Assembly: GCA_964016885.1 (NCBI GenBank)
Contig: OZ024743.1
Location: forward strand, 253,828,001 to 253,892,000
Origin: Eledone cirrhosa
Lineage: Eukaryota
Direction of reading: 5' to 3'
Length of the DNA stretch: 64,000 nt
The notes under the pieces were generated by a model that made no database searches, was not told the origin of the DNA, and worked only from the letters and a program-made list of their open reading frames with translations. The position numbers and the translations under genes were made by a program. Positions 40,993 to 54,308 of this stretch are shown piece after piece; the first letter of the stretch is position 1, and each line of letters begins with the position of its first letter.

Positions 40993-43900
40993 GATGTATC
41001 TTATTCAGTTTCATCTTAAGGATTGATTCCTGGCATAGCAACTTGATATTCCACTACAAAATCAGTATATCTGCAACCCACATGAGGAAAGAGTTGCAAT
41101 GGGTGTCACAGGCCATTCTCTGTGGCAATGCCCTTGCCAACATGTTCGTGAGGCAATTCTGAAATATACTTTTCAGTTTTTAAAACTTGCTTCTGGCACT
41201 TTTAATGTAAATTATTTGAAAGTCACCTCTTACTCAATATATCGTGTCTCAAAACCTCATCAGTGTAAATTAGCTTTCCTCCTTTTCTTAAAAGAAGTGA
41301 AGAAAATAGATAACTTATATTTTCATAATCAACTGTAGTACTCATCATTTTCTTTCTTCAGTATTCATTCATGTAACAGTTTTAGCTGAATGTAATAATG
41401 TTGATTCAATGATGATAATGGTACTGGCAATGGCCCATGGCTAACAATATAGACGCTCAACCATTTACATATAAAAAATAACAGATAATATGGTTTACTT
41501 CTTAAAACATATTCAAATACTCAATAAATAAACTATAAAAGTAGATTGTTCACCTTAATAATATAACGATTAGATCTACAAAAATACTGAGATTTGTATG
41601 GATGTCACGTGTAAGTACATTAGCAACATGTATGCCCTTTCCAAATTTAGAGAAAATTGCATAGCAAAGAGAGAAGCCAAAATATCTATTAATCATAGTA
41701 AATGTATGGCTAGCTTAAAGAGGTTTAAACACATCTTTACAGCCAATATATATACATCAATATTTACACCACCAAATATTTATAGATACTGTAATATAAT
41801 GTATTCTATAGCATCTATTATATCATTTTATTAATCTCTCTTTCTGCTCAGATACCTTAAAGCCTGTCTCTTAATATGTACATGTGTAATCTGAACAAGT
41901 TTGGATTATTATATATACAAATCACATACACTACTTCATCATCAGATACATTTGATTATCTCCTGCAGCGATGCAATTTATTGCATATGCCACATTATAT
42001 AATGTTCCCATAACAAAGAAGAAAAAATATAATTCATAAAAGGGATTCACTTTGAGATCGCTTAACTTGCTAAAAATAGAAGTTAAATCCCGCTGGATTC
42101 TGTAGAGAGAAATCACACTATAATAGTATTAAGGTAAATGACATTTATATACTATGTGTCAATAATATGTAGCAGTGAAACAAATATTTTATTGTTCAGA
42201 TATTGTAAATTATTTATATGAAATGAAATTACTGGATGTATCTGGTTTGAAGTAGGTATACTGTATCACTGCATGTTATATGAGGTGACTAAAAAGGTTG
42301 GCAACAGAAAGAGTACCCAGGTGTAAAACATTGTCATGAAGCCTGTAAATCTAACTCCTGCTTTAGCAAGGGAAATGGTGTGGAAACGCTTGTTTTTGAA
42401 TATTATATTTAAGTGAGTGTGACAACATTTTATAATCATGCTCAGATTGTTGGTGTGAAGTCCAGTGTTTATTCTGGCTTCATCGACATTAATTGATTGA
42501 GAGTGCTGCACCCACTTCCTTTATATATTTAAAAATCAACAATGTAAACCTAACATTAGCATATATCAATGGAACAGCTGCATCATTAAATTAACATGTA
42601 AGTGGTTGAATATTCTACACACATATGTATCCTTAATATAATTCCAAAGCTGCATCAGAGAGGCACAATATGTGACAATGTTGGACATCTGAATTACATG
42701 TAATATCTATCTAACAGTCCTCCACACAGTTTCTCTATACTAAATTCCCAAATTCCACTTATAAGGCTTGGAAAGTCACTTGCTTAAGATACCATGAATT
42801 AGAAACATGGGATTTCATGATTTTGAAACAAATTTCTACTTATTCGGCCATGCTAATATAAATGGTCATTGGTTCTGATGCTAAGTGTTCTACTTGTTTG
42901 GTCAATGGGATGGTCTTCTCAATATATTAACATATAAGTGGCTGAGTATTCTACAGACATATATATACTTAACTTGGTTTGGCATCTGGAATTTGGTGCC
43001 CTAGGCTAGTCCTAAAATGTGCATCATTCTACCATCCTAATTTCAGCTAACATTTTCGTAAGCTGAGAAACATTTTGACACTTTTGCTCTGACCACATCA
43101 AAAAATTACTAAGCCTGCCTTTTGTACTACACAGCTCATACTGACCCATAACAGATCATGTTACACCATACAACCCTCTCAACCTGTTGGATATCTCCCC
43201 AAGACTGCTATGCAGTAAATAGATTTAGAAGTATACTTATTGAGTGCAGGAAATTACTATACATTGAATTTAATGATACAAATTTGTATAAACTGTGATC
43301 CTTTAAGGTCCAAAAATGCTCCTGCCTAAGGTCGATGCATAGGCAGCTGTCTATTTGGACTTATGTTATGGCATGAGATACTGTACATATAACATACAAA
43401 TATGTATTAAACTATTATCTTTACCTCTCTGATGTCTGAGCAGTAGATGGCTGCCTTGTAGGATTTAATGACAGTGTCAGCCAAATTATGATTCTCTAAA
43501 ATTCAGTAATACACTTCTCTTGAGCTTTCTGCCCTGGAAGACTGCCTAGGTGACTTTCATGGTTTACACCATCTCTGCACTAACCTATTTCCCAATGCTC
43601 CTTTGTCATATTATTTTTAATAATATATCATTACACTCCTCTTCCACTAAAGAGCATTATTGTTTAGCTAAGATGGTGTATTACTCTGAAAATTGTGTAA
43701 CTCTGATGTTCTGTTAGAAAACATTTTATCAAAATAAAAATAAAATGTAATAAATATTTTTGTTGTTGTTGTTTCCTACAAATCAACTTTCTTTGATCTG
43801 TTCAATTATCTTTGATGATATAATCAATAGATTGAAATTATGCATGAAATTTTCCTAATTTTTATTGATTTTATTAGTTTCTATTCTAATTGTTTTTATG

Positions 43901-45032
43901 TCTATCTTTAAGTTCTTGTTTTATTTAAAGTTATTAATAATGTTGATTGTTTTACTAAACAGTTATTATTGATATTATTATTGATATATGTTACTCTTAT
44001 TGCCATTGTGGTTTTTTAAAGATCATTATCTGTTACATTATTCTTCTAACTCTTGTTGCTGTTATTATCATTATTGCTGCTGTTGATGTTGTTGTAGATC
44101 TTTATTGTTATTTTGGTTGTGTCAGTGAGATAACAGAGTAATCTGAGGCTTTTTGTGAGGTTTCCCTCTCAGAATTACCCTAAAGCTCAATGTCTCCCTC
44201 TCCCAATTTTGGGGAAATGTTCCTAATTGATATTTGTTATTGTTTTATTTATTTTTATAACTATCTATTACAAATTCTATTATTGTCATTGCTATTGTTT
44301 ATCCTTCAGTAATGTCACTTTTCCTTTTTGGGGTTGGGGTGTGTAAACCCTACTCTGTATTGTTTTTATTCTTGTATTATCCTTGTATTACAAACACCCC
44401 CACTCTCTCATACATCCACTCTCCCACTCCAGTCCACACCACCCTTGCACTATAAAGTTATGTTGGTATCACAACAAGCATCCAGCCCACACAGTAATGT
44501 GGTCGTGTAGGTATTGCAACAAAAATCCTCCAACCCACACTATAAATTGGTTGTGTAGGGGTCATGAGAAAAAGCAGCCAGTCGACACTGTAGGGTGGCC
44601 TTATACTGGAAGTATTGAAATTTGAATTTTTTAAAAGAAGTGAATCTTGAAATATGCAATCAAATTATTTATGATTAATCATTTGTTACGTAATTGAGTA
44701 GATAAATTATGTAATATTCATTCATTATCTATTCAAAGTAATCCAACCTTATTTTACTAATGGGATTAAAAAATATATTCTGGACGCTGTCCCATATTCC
44801 TCCCTTTCTTATAGTCAAAATATTAGACAAAATGCTTTGCAGTATTTAGTCATGATTTTCTACTCCGGAGTTCAAATCGTATCAAGGGCAACACTGCTGT
44901 TTATCCTTCTGGGGGTCAATAAAATAAAGTACTAATAAAGTACTGAGTCTGATATGATCAATGTTCCCCTTCCCATTAAATTGCTGGAGTTGTGGCAAAT
45001 GTTGAAACATTTATCATTATTATTTAGATTTT

Positions 45033-45209
45033 GGGCGGTGGATTGGCAGGGTCGGATGCTATGCTTTGCAGCAAAGAGTTACGGCCCTTTATGGTCTGAA
45101 TTCAAATCCCGCCGAGGTTAACTTTGCCTTTCATCCTTACGGAGTAGATAAAATAAAGTACCAGTAATACACTGGGATAATTGCTGGCCTTGTGCCAAAA
45201 GTAGAAACA
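45033..45209 (+). mobile_element. SINE family B with 16-bp TSD
   Basis: TSD attattatttagattt at 45016-45031 and 45210-45225. The SINE is inserted in the tail of an older related SINE. Confidence 0.85.
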
Positions 45210-45389
45210 ATTATTATTTAGATTTCAAAATAACAACATGTGTTATAACCTTGCTCTGGAGGTATGTCACTATTTACAGGTATAAACCCATTTTGGGGTT
45301 CTAAAAATGTGGCAATTTTGTTTTTGTGTGCTCTAAAGAACCCCCTCCCTTAACAGGGGGGGGGGGGGTCCTTATTAATTTTGGCCCTA

Positions 45390-46870
45390 AAATGTAGAGA
45401 GGGTGGCTAAGGAAATTGACATGGCTGGGGCCCTGATCAATTTAAATCACCCAAAAACAGTACCTGTCAGCAGTTCTCAAAGTAGTGAGCTTGGAACATG
45501 TATTTAGCAGATGGATTGCTGCAAAGCAGAGTGACATCTATTAAGTGATTACAGTGGAACCGTTCAACATCATGCATTTGGTTTGCCAAGGTTATCCTCT
45601 CTCATCTCTTTTCTATGTGTTGACTCGTGAATCACTACTACACACATTAGAGGTGTGGAAGCTCTGTGTCAACATATGTCAATGACGTCACCATAGTGGT
45701 GTTGAGCAAAAAGCCTATTGAGCTGATTGGCTCTGCTATAGTCAATAAGAGCAAAAATTAACCAGAAAAATTCAGTGGGCCTGCAGCTCAGAATCTGGAG
45801 AGGCAAATCCATGCTGTCCAACAAAGTTGTCAGGTTCTGGAAGGACAGACCAGTTAAAATGCTCAGGGTCTGATTTTGTCCAGACCACTCACACCCAGCA
45901 ATGGGTTGAGAGGAAGCTATCTTTGAAGGGTCGCGCAGAGGTGGTGAACGCATACATTGCATCTGTCATCTTCTACCGATTGACTGTCATGCCTAGTTCT
46001 GGTTCATGTCTGACTGCACTGGAGCATTTGCTCATTCATTTTTTGCGGAAGAGATGCTCACTAATGATCAGGTGGTCCATTTGTTGAGAGGAGGAATGGG
46101 CATGCTGTGACTGATGGCGCACAAACATGCCCTCAGGATACTTCATCTCCAGATTTACTTGACAGTCAACAGGCATGGCTACCATTATCTAGACACAGTT
46201 TTCAACAGCTCGTCTCATTCACAGAGTTGCAGTCTGGGGACAGGCAAAGATTGAGAGGGACTGGTTGGAAACTGGAATGTCTCAAAACACTCACAGCCCT
46301 CACCCAATCAGGCACTACAATCAATGGAAACTCCACCTTAGTTTTCGATAGAGGTTTAATGGTGGGTAAAAACAATGGAATGTTGTCAGGCCCCCACTGC
46401 CTTCTCTCAGTTGGGAAATGTGGTCAGTGGAAATATCAATCTAGAGCTCTATAGAGGACTAGTTGTGAGCAAGTGTGACAATGTTATTGGAGAAGCTCTG
46501 GACATCAACGAAATCGAATTGACAAGTCTGTACTGGAGGACTTTGAAACTAGGGAATATGGAGAACTTCCAGAAGTCCCTGGTTTGGCAATGCTACTGTG
46601 GGTTACAGCCAGTTTGACAGGTCAGATGGACCTGTCTGAGATGTGAGAAAATTGATGGTTGGAAAGGGATGACCTCCTCAAATACTCTTGGAGACTAGAG
46701 TGCTTTAGGATTGGGGAGGTCCCTGAGTCACCGTTGGGTGGTACTCTCCAATCATTATGGAATTTCCTTTGTTGCAATTTTACTGTTACTTCTTATTTCC
46801 TGTAATCTCCCATCATCCCTGTTTTTGTATTTTCCCCAATATGCCAACCCTTGTGGCTAAGAAAGAAATA
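45390..46870 (+). mobile_element. Highly decayed L1/Tx1-like LINE relic
   Basis: WVERKLSLKGRAEVVNAYIASVIFYRL resembles the post-RT region of L1/Tx1 ORF2. Many stops. Confidence 0.6.
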
Positions 46871-49619
46871 ATTATAATTATTATTATCAGGGTGCTGAAT
46901 TGACTGCATTGATAGAGTATCAGATAACATGCTTTGCAGCATAGAGTTATGGCCATTTACATTCTGATTTCAAAAGTCACCAGTGGGTGGTAGTTTTGAC
47001 TCAATAAAATAAGTACCAGTAACACACTGGAGTCAATTTAAACGTCTTTCCCTTCTCTCAAAATTGTCAGTCATTTGCCTAAATCAGAAATCCTTATTAT
47101 CATATTGTGTAGTGTATATTAATGGAGTTTGACTCAAAAATGTATGAGTATTTATGATAATGATGATGATGTTATTTTTGGTGTTAATATGATTATGTGT
47201 GCCTTCAGTTTAGTATAGGTACACTGTATCTTGGCATGTTGGATATATTTCCACCAGGAAATATATCCAACAGTAAAACATTACCATCAAAATAATCTAA
47301 TTAAGAATATGAAGTCCGTCACCTGTTCCCATATGTCTCACCTTGGCTTTAGAAGGGAAAATGACCTCAATACATGTGTGTTATTGTTGTTATCTAGACA
47401 ACGTTTGTGTAATATATTAACCCATTTGATGTTAACCTAAACTGCCCCTGGTTCTGTGATACCCAACTGTCTATTTTAAAGAGTTTATCTAGAAAAAATG
47501 TCATCAACATTTTATATAAGTATCTTTTTTAAGTTATGTTCCAAACACCAGATAGATAAGGAACAAAAATTGGTTATATTACTAAATCCTTCCAGATACT
47601 TTATTTTGTTTTTATAATTATTTGAAAATCTTAAACATTTCTTTTCATTAGAAATCATCATCACCATTGATGTCTATTTTCCTTGTTTGCATGTGTTAGA
47701 GAGGTTGTCACACTCTGTGACTAGACAGACATGATTTCTACAGATGGATGCCCTCCCTGATGCTAACTACCATGCTCTTTACCAGGCTTGCTTTCTCATA
47801 ATACCAACACTACGAATCGACAGGTTGGATTGAGTGCTTTTTTCTTTCATGGCATCAGCACTACCACTTTACAGAGTGGACTAGGGGCATTTTTATGACA
47901 CCAGCAGTATCACTTTTATTGTGTGGGTTGTAAATATGGTAACAAAAGGTTTAAGATAAATTGGCTCACAAATATTTCATTATTATTGATGATGATAATG
48001 CTAATATTATTATTAATATTATTATTGATGTTGTTGTTACCACCTCAACATATTTCATGTTGAACATTAAGAGAAGTTCACTCACAAATTTATCAAAAGC
48101 ATGCTGGTGTTTGCTTGCTTTTGAATAATTTTAATAGTACAAAGCTGAAGTACCATTTTCCTTTTCATAACTGTCTCTGTAAAAAAATATTTAAATTGTG
48201 CAAACATAGTAAACCTTTCGATCTGAAATATGTAAACCTAAATCAATGAAGCAGTTGATATTGATTTTGGAAATATAGTTTATATTGGTTGTTTACACTT
48301 TTCCTAGAACATAATTTTTATGGTGTTTATAGGCTTCAGATTGATAAAATAGTATTTACAGTTTACTGCCATTCAATGGTGAAGGTGCATGGCTTAATAG
48401 TTACGGTGTTGTGCCCACAATCATAAATATGGCTGTGGTTTTGATTTCCAGACACAGCTAGTGGAGTTATGTGTCCTTGAGCAAGGCTCTTCATTTCATG
48501 TTGCTCCAGTTTATTTAAGTTAAAATTAATACCAACAGTAGCTGGAAGTTAGCCCTGTGACATGATGGCATCCTGTCCAAGAGGGAGTTTTGTATTCTCA
48601 GTCACTTGATGCCTCATAAAATCACAATAAATCCTACCATCCAAAATTATGTCTACTCCCACCCCAAGATGAAATCTACCACCGGAGATTAACTCTATCA
48701 CCCAAGGTTAAGTCAACCACTCATCAATTAAGTTAACTGAGCTTAATGAAAATTAAATGTATTTTCCAGAAAGAAAAACTATTCACCTTATGTGTATTGG
48801 TGGCAGATAAGTTTCGAAAATGAGTTTTCCGTTAGTTTGATTAATGGAACAGCTTACAAATTAAATTTCCATTTAAGTGGTTGAGTATTCAACCACCAAT
48901 TGCACACTTATCATAATTCTCAGACAGGGATGATTCAGTGTGACAGAGTAAGTGATAGGATTTGCCCTTTTGAATGCAGATATAGTCAATCAGGTAGGCT
49001 TTCAACCAGATCTCAAATTCTCTCATAAGGGTTTTGTCGACGTTGGACAAGTGGCTATGAAGCAGTAGGATCAAGTGAATTAAACCTGGAACCTACATGA
49101 TTGTGAAGTAAGCAACATAACCCTTCAGCCATGTAGTGTCTAAAGGTATTAACTATTGCTTATTATTGTTATAGGACTCATTAGTACATCAATGGCATAC
49201 ATTCTGGTATTCATCCCAGTTTCCAATAATCTCTCAGTTCAAATCCCAATGATGTCAACTTTGCCTTTCATCCTTTCGAGGTTGATAAAAAGAAATACCA
49301 GCCCAGTACTGAGGCTGATCTTTCTTTATATCTCTCCCTCACTGCCTTTCTATCACTCATTCTTTCTTCTTCTCCAGAAGATATTGGCTATCTTCAGACT
49401 TGAAGAGGAGATGGGCTCTGCCAGCTATAAAGTGCTCAAAACATGTCCTATTCCACAAAGGCACCCATACAACCCGATAAAGAGTTACAAATTCATAAAT
49501 ACTTACATTGCTATTATTTTATCAAGTGATGTAAAACAAGGTTGAACAACCATAAATTGAACTCAGAATGAAATTGAATATTATAAGTATTTTCATCTCT
49601 ATCATTACAGTTTAATCTA

Positions 49620-49829
49620 CAGGGTGGCCACTGATAAACTTGTTCGTTTTCAATCTTTTATATTTTATTTTTCATGCAGTTTATAGAACATCCCTTGTTA
49701 TTTTACACACATAATACTGAAAAAATCCATTACTTATATTTCAAAATAAAAAATTCATGAAATAAAAAACCATATGTTTGTAAAAGTTATTTTTGTTTTA
49801 TATCATTCAGTCTTTCAGTGGCCACCCTA
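49620..49829. mobile_element. 210-bp MITE with TA target duplication
   Basis: TA|CAGGGTGGCCACTGA ... TCAGTGGCCACCCTA|TA. Confidence 0.7.
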
Positions 49830-49970
49830 TAAATCCTCAATCCTTGAGATGATCAAAGCAACAGGATATATTTTAATGACCACTGTTTGTATTAGTGAGG
49901 TTAGGATGACAAAAAATTCCATCCATTTTTATACACACACATATGGGTGTGAGTATATATATATATATAA

Positions 49971-50148
49971 TTGTTTCTAGTTTTGGCACAAAGCCAGCAA
50001 TTACCCAGTACGTTACTGGTACTTTATTTTACCGACCCTGTAAGGATGAAAGGCAAAGTTAACCTCGACGGGATTTGAACTCAGAATGACAAGGGCCGTA
50101 ACTCTATGCGTCAAAGCATGTCGTCGGACCCTTTACTGATACTGCCAA
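49971..50148 (-). mobile_element. SINE family B
   Basis: Reverse-complement match to 45033-45209. Confidence 0.8.
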
Positions 50149-51290
50149 ATGGGTCCAAACAATGCCAACTTGTTCCTTGACTACATCGAAGCCCAGATCT
50201 TATCCTATTACATTGGACCGACTCCTGAGCTATATGGTCGTTATATAGACTGTATCGGCGCCACCTCTTTATAACCAGAGCAGCTTGACTGCTTTCTTTC
50301 CTTTGTCCTATCTTTCCACGCTGTTTTCACTTTCACAGCCTCCGTCTCCGATTCTTCTGTTGCTTTTCTAGATATCTCTCTATCTATTAATCACTCTCAC
50401 CACACCCTCTCTACTTCCATCTTCATTAAACCAACAGACTCACAGTCTTACATTGACTTCACCTCCTCCCATCCAACCCATACCAAACACTCCATACCCT
50501 ATTACCAATTCCTCTGTCTTTGTCAGCTCTGTAGCCAGGATGACGATTTTGAAACCCATTCCCTTGGCATGGTTTCCTGCTTCATCCAGCATGGATATCT
50601 CCCCACCCTGATCCAAGCTGCTCTCACCTGCGCCCGTGAAACAGACCGCACCACAGCCCGTTCACCTCACCCCTGCCCTCCCAACACCCACATCCCTTTC
50701 CCTTTCACCTACCACCCCATCACCCTACCACTCCAGCGACATATCCTCTGTTCCTTCCTCATCCTCTCTTCTGACCCCATCACTTGTCGCTTTTTTTCCA
50801 AACCCACCCATTAGTGCTTTTAAGCACGCCCCAACCTCATCATCTCCTGGTTCACAGTTCTTTCTGTTCCTATCCCACGACTCCACCCGGCTCTCATACT
50901 TGTTCCAGTTCCCGCTGCAACACTTGTCCCTTTATTTCCACCCTCACCACTTTTAGAGGCCCTAACGCGTCTTTCCGTATCTGCCATTCCTTCACCTGCA
51001 CATACACCCACGTTGTCTATTCTCTCCGTTGTTCCCTTTGTGGGACATCGGACAAACGGGACGTCGTATGGTGGACCGTTTTGCTGAGCATTTGAGGGAC
51101 ATACAACTCGGTTTGGATACTCCTCTCACCCATCATTTCTGTTCTCCTGGTCATTCTTCCCAACATGTTTCAGTCCTGGGTGTCTTTTCATCATGATTCA
51201 CAGACTTCGCGCGCTAGGACTGAACAATGTCTGATTCCCCGCCTTGGATCCTATTCCTCTTTTGGACTCAACTCACCTCCCCAATTTCTT
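50149..51290 (+). mobile_element. Neptune-like Penelope element fragment (RT C-half + Zn linker + GIY-YIG), decayed
   Basis: MGPNNANLFL..YGRYID..VAFLDI..KPTDSQSYIDFTSSHP..SIPY, CSSSRCNTCPFI..FTC...VVYSLRCSLC, and IGQTGRRMVDRFAEH. Confidence 0.85.
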
Positions 51291-51780
51291 ATACATTCAT
51301 CCCTGGATACCTATCGCTCTCACTTTATCATTAACATTTTCTCTTGCAACTAATACAGGCCGACTATATATGCTCACTCCACTTTCCCCCTAACAGCTCT
51401 GTATACACACATACACACCCTTATATTAATATAATTTTGCTCATAACTTCGTACTTACATACACACACACTCTTTTACTTACATATACACACACATTTCC
51501 TCATAGCTTCATACGGACGTATAATAACACACACACACGTGCACAAGTATAGCTCTTTTTATGAAATGGCTTTTTTCCATTTCAGGTAGACGTGCTCCTT
51601 CATCCACTTTTCTAAAAAATAAATCATACACAAAACGCCAGCACCCACATTTTGCAAGAGATGTCAACATGAATGAACCTGTTATTTCTAAGACATTTCA
51701 TATCTAAGACCTGTTATATCTAAAGACATTTTTTCTAATTCCAACCCTCCCATCCCCTCAATCTATCTTATTTTTCATTA

Positions 51781-51820
51781 TTTCTTCTGATGAAGGACTA
51801 GCATCCGAAACGTTAAAGGC
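51781..51820 (+). ncRNA. Minimal hammerhead, family H1
   Basis: tctt-CTGATGA-a-gga(ctagca)tcc-GAAA-CGTT. Decayed paralogs lie at 29223-29258, 38522-38555 and 52124-52158. Confidence 0.65.
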
Positions 51821-51903
51821 CTCTTCCTGCTACCTCAAGCGTTAACCTAATAAATTCCTTCCATATACTGTACCGATTGTGTTGTTATTTCTGTTTATCT
51901 TTT

Positions 51904-51939
<36 letters not shown>

Positions 51940-51959
51940 TATGATATATACATACATAA

Positions 51960-52024
<65 letters not shown>

Positions 52025-52751
52025 CACACTACGTACGTTTTCTGTCTCCCCAATCTTCTTATTTCCCTGTTTCCTTCCTCTCATCACTCTATACCTTCTA
52101 TTTATCTTCTATTTCTAACTCTATCTTCTAATGAAGGCTAGTGTCTGAAATGTTAAGACATTCTTCCTGCTATTTCAAGCATTAAACTAATATATTTCTT
52201 CCATGTACTGTGCCGTTTCTTTTGTTGTTTTTGTTATTACTTTTACATACATATATATATATATATATATACAAACACATGTGTATATATTCATGTACAT
52301 TCATACACACAGCCAGATACAAAAACCACACACATATAAAAAGAGTCAATGGAACATCTGTATATAAAATAAATAAAATATTAATAAAATGAAAATCTAA
52401 AAAAATATGAAAACATCTGCCTGATTATTAATACAAATGAAGAAATTATAAGCGAAAGAAAATAATTTAATTTTATGAGGTTAGCTGGTTTAATTGTTAT
52501 TCTTGCTCTGATAAGATCCATTATGTTCTAGTATGTTCTGAGAAACACATGGCCTCTTGTAATAATACACTTTGCTCTTCAATTAAAATGATGCTAGATT
52601 TAGTCAAGTGACAGGTTTTTAAAGTGTAGTTATTGCACATTAATTTTATCATCATAATTATAATTGTTGTTGTTGTTGTTGATATTATTATTATTATTAT
52701 TATGATTATTATTATTATTGTTATTGTTATTGTTGTTGTTGTTGTTGTTGA

Positions 52752-52785
<34 letters not shown>

Positions 52786-53764
52786 GTTATTGTTCTTGTT
52801 GTTGTTGTTGTTGTCGTCACAATTTTTTAATGAATTATAACCATCACTACCACCATTGCCTCCTTATCATCATCATTGATATCGGCATCTTCCTCTTCAT
52901 TATTATTGTTATTATTATTGTTATAGCATCAGACAACATGCTATTGCAGGATTTAATATATGTTTTGAGTTCAAATCTCACTGAGGTCAACTTTGCCTTT
53001 CATCTTTCCATGGTTGATAAAATAAAGTACCAATTGGGTTTGTGTCTAGATTAGAAATATATTGTTATTATTAAAATGGTGGAAATGCAGTATTGGTAGA
53101 GTGTCACATTGCAATATTTATTCTTCTTTTTTACATTCTGTGTTAAAATATACAACAGCAACTTACACTTACATCTTTCTGAGACTGTTGAAATAAAGTA
53201 CCAATTACTTCCAATCATCACCACAACTACCACCACTATTATCCTGATTATTATCATCATCATCATCTTCATCAACATTGTCATCACTATTATCATCAGC
53301 CTCATCATTATTACCCTTAACAATTCTTTACCATTATTATCATTGACATTATCAACATAAGCATCACCAACATTGCTATCATTGCCATCATTCTCAAGAG
53401 AGAAGACTGAGCTTGTATGGTCATGTGATATACAGGATGTTGATTGTTGGGCGAAAAAAATGTTATGAAATCCTTATGGAGGGGAGCTACAGGAAAGGAA
53501 GGCCAAAGAATACCTCAGAAGATGTTATGAGATCTGATCTGAATTTCACGGTCTAGTTGATGAAGAACTGTGATCAGCAAAGGGATGCTGTGCTGGAAAA
53601 GACCTGTCCAATCCATGCAAGCATGGAAAAAGTGATGTAAAATGGTGATGATGATGAATATGTATCACCACCACAACTACCATTTCCATCGATCATCACC
53701 TTGCCATTGACATCACAATTGCTATCATCATCAATAACTACATCATTATTACTCTCATTGGTAT

Positions 53765-53910
53765 GCTTTCAAGCATAGTTACCTCCCTTTATGATCTGAG
53801 TTCAATTCCCGCCGAGGTTAACTTTGCCTTTCATCTTTACAGGGTCGATAAAATAAAGTACCAGTAATACACTGGGATAATTGCTGGCCTTGTGCCAAAA
53901 AGTAGAAACA
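53765..53910 (+). mobile_element. SINE family B (5'-truncated) with 20-bp TSD
   Basis: TSD attattactctcattggtat at 53745-53764 and 53911-53930. Confidence 0.85.
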
Positions 53911-54168
53911 ATTATTACTCTCATTGGTATTATCATGATAATTAATACCATAATATAATTATTATCGTCAATCACTACCATCATCGTTATCCTTATAATA
54001 TACTCAATAAGAATGATGGTAGGGGCAGAGATGACTGGTTATGATAATTATAATGAAGATTATGTTAATGATGATGATGATGATGAGGAGGAGGAGGAGG
54101 AGGAGGAGGAGGAGGAGGAGGAGGAGTGGAAGAGGATGGTGGTGGCAATGATTGGTAATATTTATATT

Positions 54169-54308
54169 TGCAGCACAGTTACGTCCCTTTACGGACTGAG
54201 TTCAAATCCCGCCGAGGTTAACTTTGCTTTTCCTCCTTACGGGGTCGATAAAATAAAGTACCAGTAATACACTAGGATAATTGTTGGCCTTGTGCCAAAA
54301 GTAGAAAC
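54169..54308 (+). mobile_element. SINE family B (5'-truncated) with TSD
   Basis: aatatttatatt occurs on both sides. Confidence 0.8.

Noticed and set aside
54070-54126. Poly-Asp/Glu ORF
   Set aside because: It is a (GAT)n(GAG)n microsatellite running into a SINE, with no exon evidence.
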